64,000 bases of DNA, from contig JBBIPZ010000001.1 in the NCBI GenBank assembly GCA_037442505.1, positions 121,144 to 185,143 of the forward strand. Direction: 5' to 3'. Positions within the stretch are counted from its first letter, which is position 1. Each line of letters opens with the position of its first letter. Of the stretch, positions 63,136-64,000 are shown in pieces. A program made the position numbers and the translations under genes. The notes below the pieces were generated by a model that searched no databases, was not told the origin of the DNA, and saw only the letters and a program-made list of their open reading frames with translations. Source of the DNA: Deltaproteobacteria bacterium. Its GTDB lineage: Bacteria > CALINM01.

Positions 63136-64000
63136 TTATTTTTTCCCGATTAACAGTTTTTCCATAGCCAAACCTGCCTGTGTGAAAAATATTTCCAGTG
63201 CATCTGTGTCTTGAATGTTTTTTTTGTTAGGCAAGTTATCTCCATAGAAAAAAACCAGGGGTTTGTTATTGGACGTTATAACATCGAGAAAGATTTCTGT
63301 AGGTTTTTCCCCGCCCAGGCATTGATAAATAGTATCTAAAACTTTATCCTCGGGTGGATATCCTTTGAACGGAATACTGTACTTTATCACTTCTGAAATT
63401 TTACCTTCTATAGGCAAGGTTAAACCTTTCACCGTTTTAAAAGGTTCCTTGATAAAAGGTTCTAATCCAAACTGTCCCAGACCAAACAGTTTGGATTGTT
63501 TTATAGCAAAAACAACAGCCCTCGGCATAATCTCACTTGCCAATCTAAGTATCATTAATATTATTTCATTCCCTGTCTCTGCGTTAGAAAGCTCAGCAAC
63601 CATAGATTTAAGCAGCTTAAGTCCGGGTGTAGTTGCGATATTAGAGCCACTTTCGGTGATGCCAAATTCTTCTTTTAACTCCTTCTCCCACACAAACGGC
63701 GCAGATGCGTTTTTTGGGTTCTTTTTATTTATTATATCATAAAAATTTTGTTCAAGTGTTTGAATAAAAAGTTTTACATCCTGTTCAATGTTATCCCTGG
63801 TAAGTTTACTTCTTTTAGGTTTTTTAATTAATGTTGCGTTCCACTGCTTAAGTTCTTCTTCTGCATCAGGGATGTGATAATCACAGCAAACAAAGATAGG
63901 GATATCTCTGCCTTTTGGAACGAGGTTTATAAGTTCTAATCCTCCTAAGATTCCTTCTCCATTTTCTTTTTCAGCGATCAAAGATGTAACAATTATAGGA
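63136..64000 (-). CDS. Response-regulator-like protein (REC domain running off window edge) with ~200-aa C-terminal domain of unknown function; 5' partial
   Basis: There is no in-frame stop between 63981 and the window end. The visible N-terminal residues (GGLELINLVPKGRDIPIFV...LIKKP) match REC helix3-beta4-beta5 with the conserved Lys. Confidence 0.5.
   Translation of the reverse strand, partial: PIIVTSLIAEKENGEGILGGLELINLVPKGRDIPIFVCCDYHIPDAEEELKQWNATLIKKPKRSKLTRDNIEQDVKLFIQTLEQNFYDIINKKNPKNASAPFVWEKELKEEFGITESGSNIATTPGLKLLKSMVAELSNAETGNEIILMILRLASEIMPRAVVFAIKQSKLFGLGQFGLEPFIKEPFKTVKGLTLPIEGKISEVIKYSIPFKGYPPEDKVLDTIYQCLGGEKPTEIFLDVITSNNKPLVFFYGDNLPNKKNIQDTDALEIFFTQAGLAMEKLLIGKK

Overview
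AT-rich bacterial chromosomal segment with tightly packed, often overlapping genes. GC looks to be in the mid-30s percent by eye; it was not computed. The gene content suggests an anaerobic and probably thermophilic bacterium. There is a tungsten-type aldehyde:ferredoxin oxidoreductase, a class II B12-dependent ribonucleotide reductase, several B12-binding radical-SAM proteins, rubredoxin-type mini-domains and MJ0042-type zinc-ribbon response regulators. The lineage cannot be fixed from sequence alone. A Nitrospirota (Thermodesulfovibrio-like) or delta-like lineage is a guess.

Gene content, 5' to 3':
- Two secreted TPR proteins and murA.
- A near-complete his operon, hisG-D-C-B-H-[lipoprotein]-A-F-E. 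It lacks hisI and has an unexpected lipoprotein gene translationally coupled between hisH and hisA.
- slyD, then a ferredoxin plus AOR pair.
- A GT2 glycosyltransferase and rmuC.
- An orphan mini chemosensory-like module: two degenerate CheW-like ORFs and a receiver domain with a ~250-aa poly-acidic tail.
- valS, nadC and birA.
- nrdJ, with an NrdR-box-like palindrome upstream.
- A B12-rSAM gene, cysK and metY.
- rng/rne, with its usual radical-SAM partner.
- A K+ channel, rsmD and coaD, an aminotransferase, a LysM-NlpC/P60 hydrolase and a DUF318-like permease.
- A secreted FGE-sulfatase-domain protein.
- recA-pilT-recX-alaS, with pilT wedged into the recA-recX unit.
- An asparaginase-II-family protein, a bactofilin, ubiE/menG and a ppiD-like chaperone.
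- A HExxH protein and galE.
- A large minus-strand chemosensory operon (52.2-64 kb). It contains cheY, cheA, an ExeA/MshM-like AAA ATPase, 2x cheW, a Zn-ribbon-REC regulator, a HEAT-repeat protein, cheR, cheB, a GAF protein and a second cheY. At its distal end are two rubrerythrin-type rubredoxin mini-domain genes, one a 35-aa ORF below the ORF-track cutoff, and a 2x[4Fe-4S] ferredoxin.

No rRNA, tRNA, CRISPR or IS elements were recognised.

The most system-like and least explained structure is the redox-cofactor-decorated chemosensory operon. Next are the rmuC-adjacent CheW-like/acidic-REC module and the lipoprotein embedded in the his operon.
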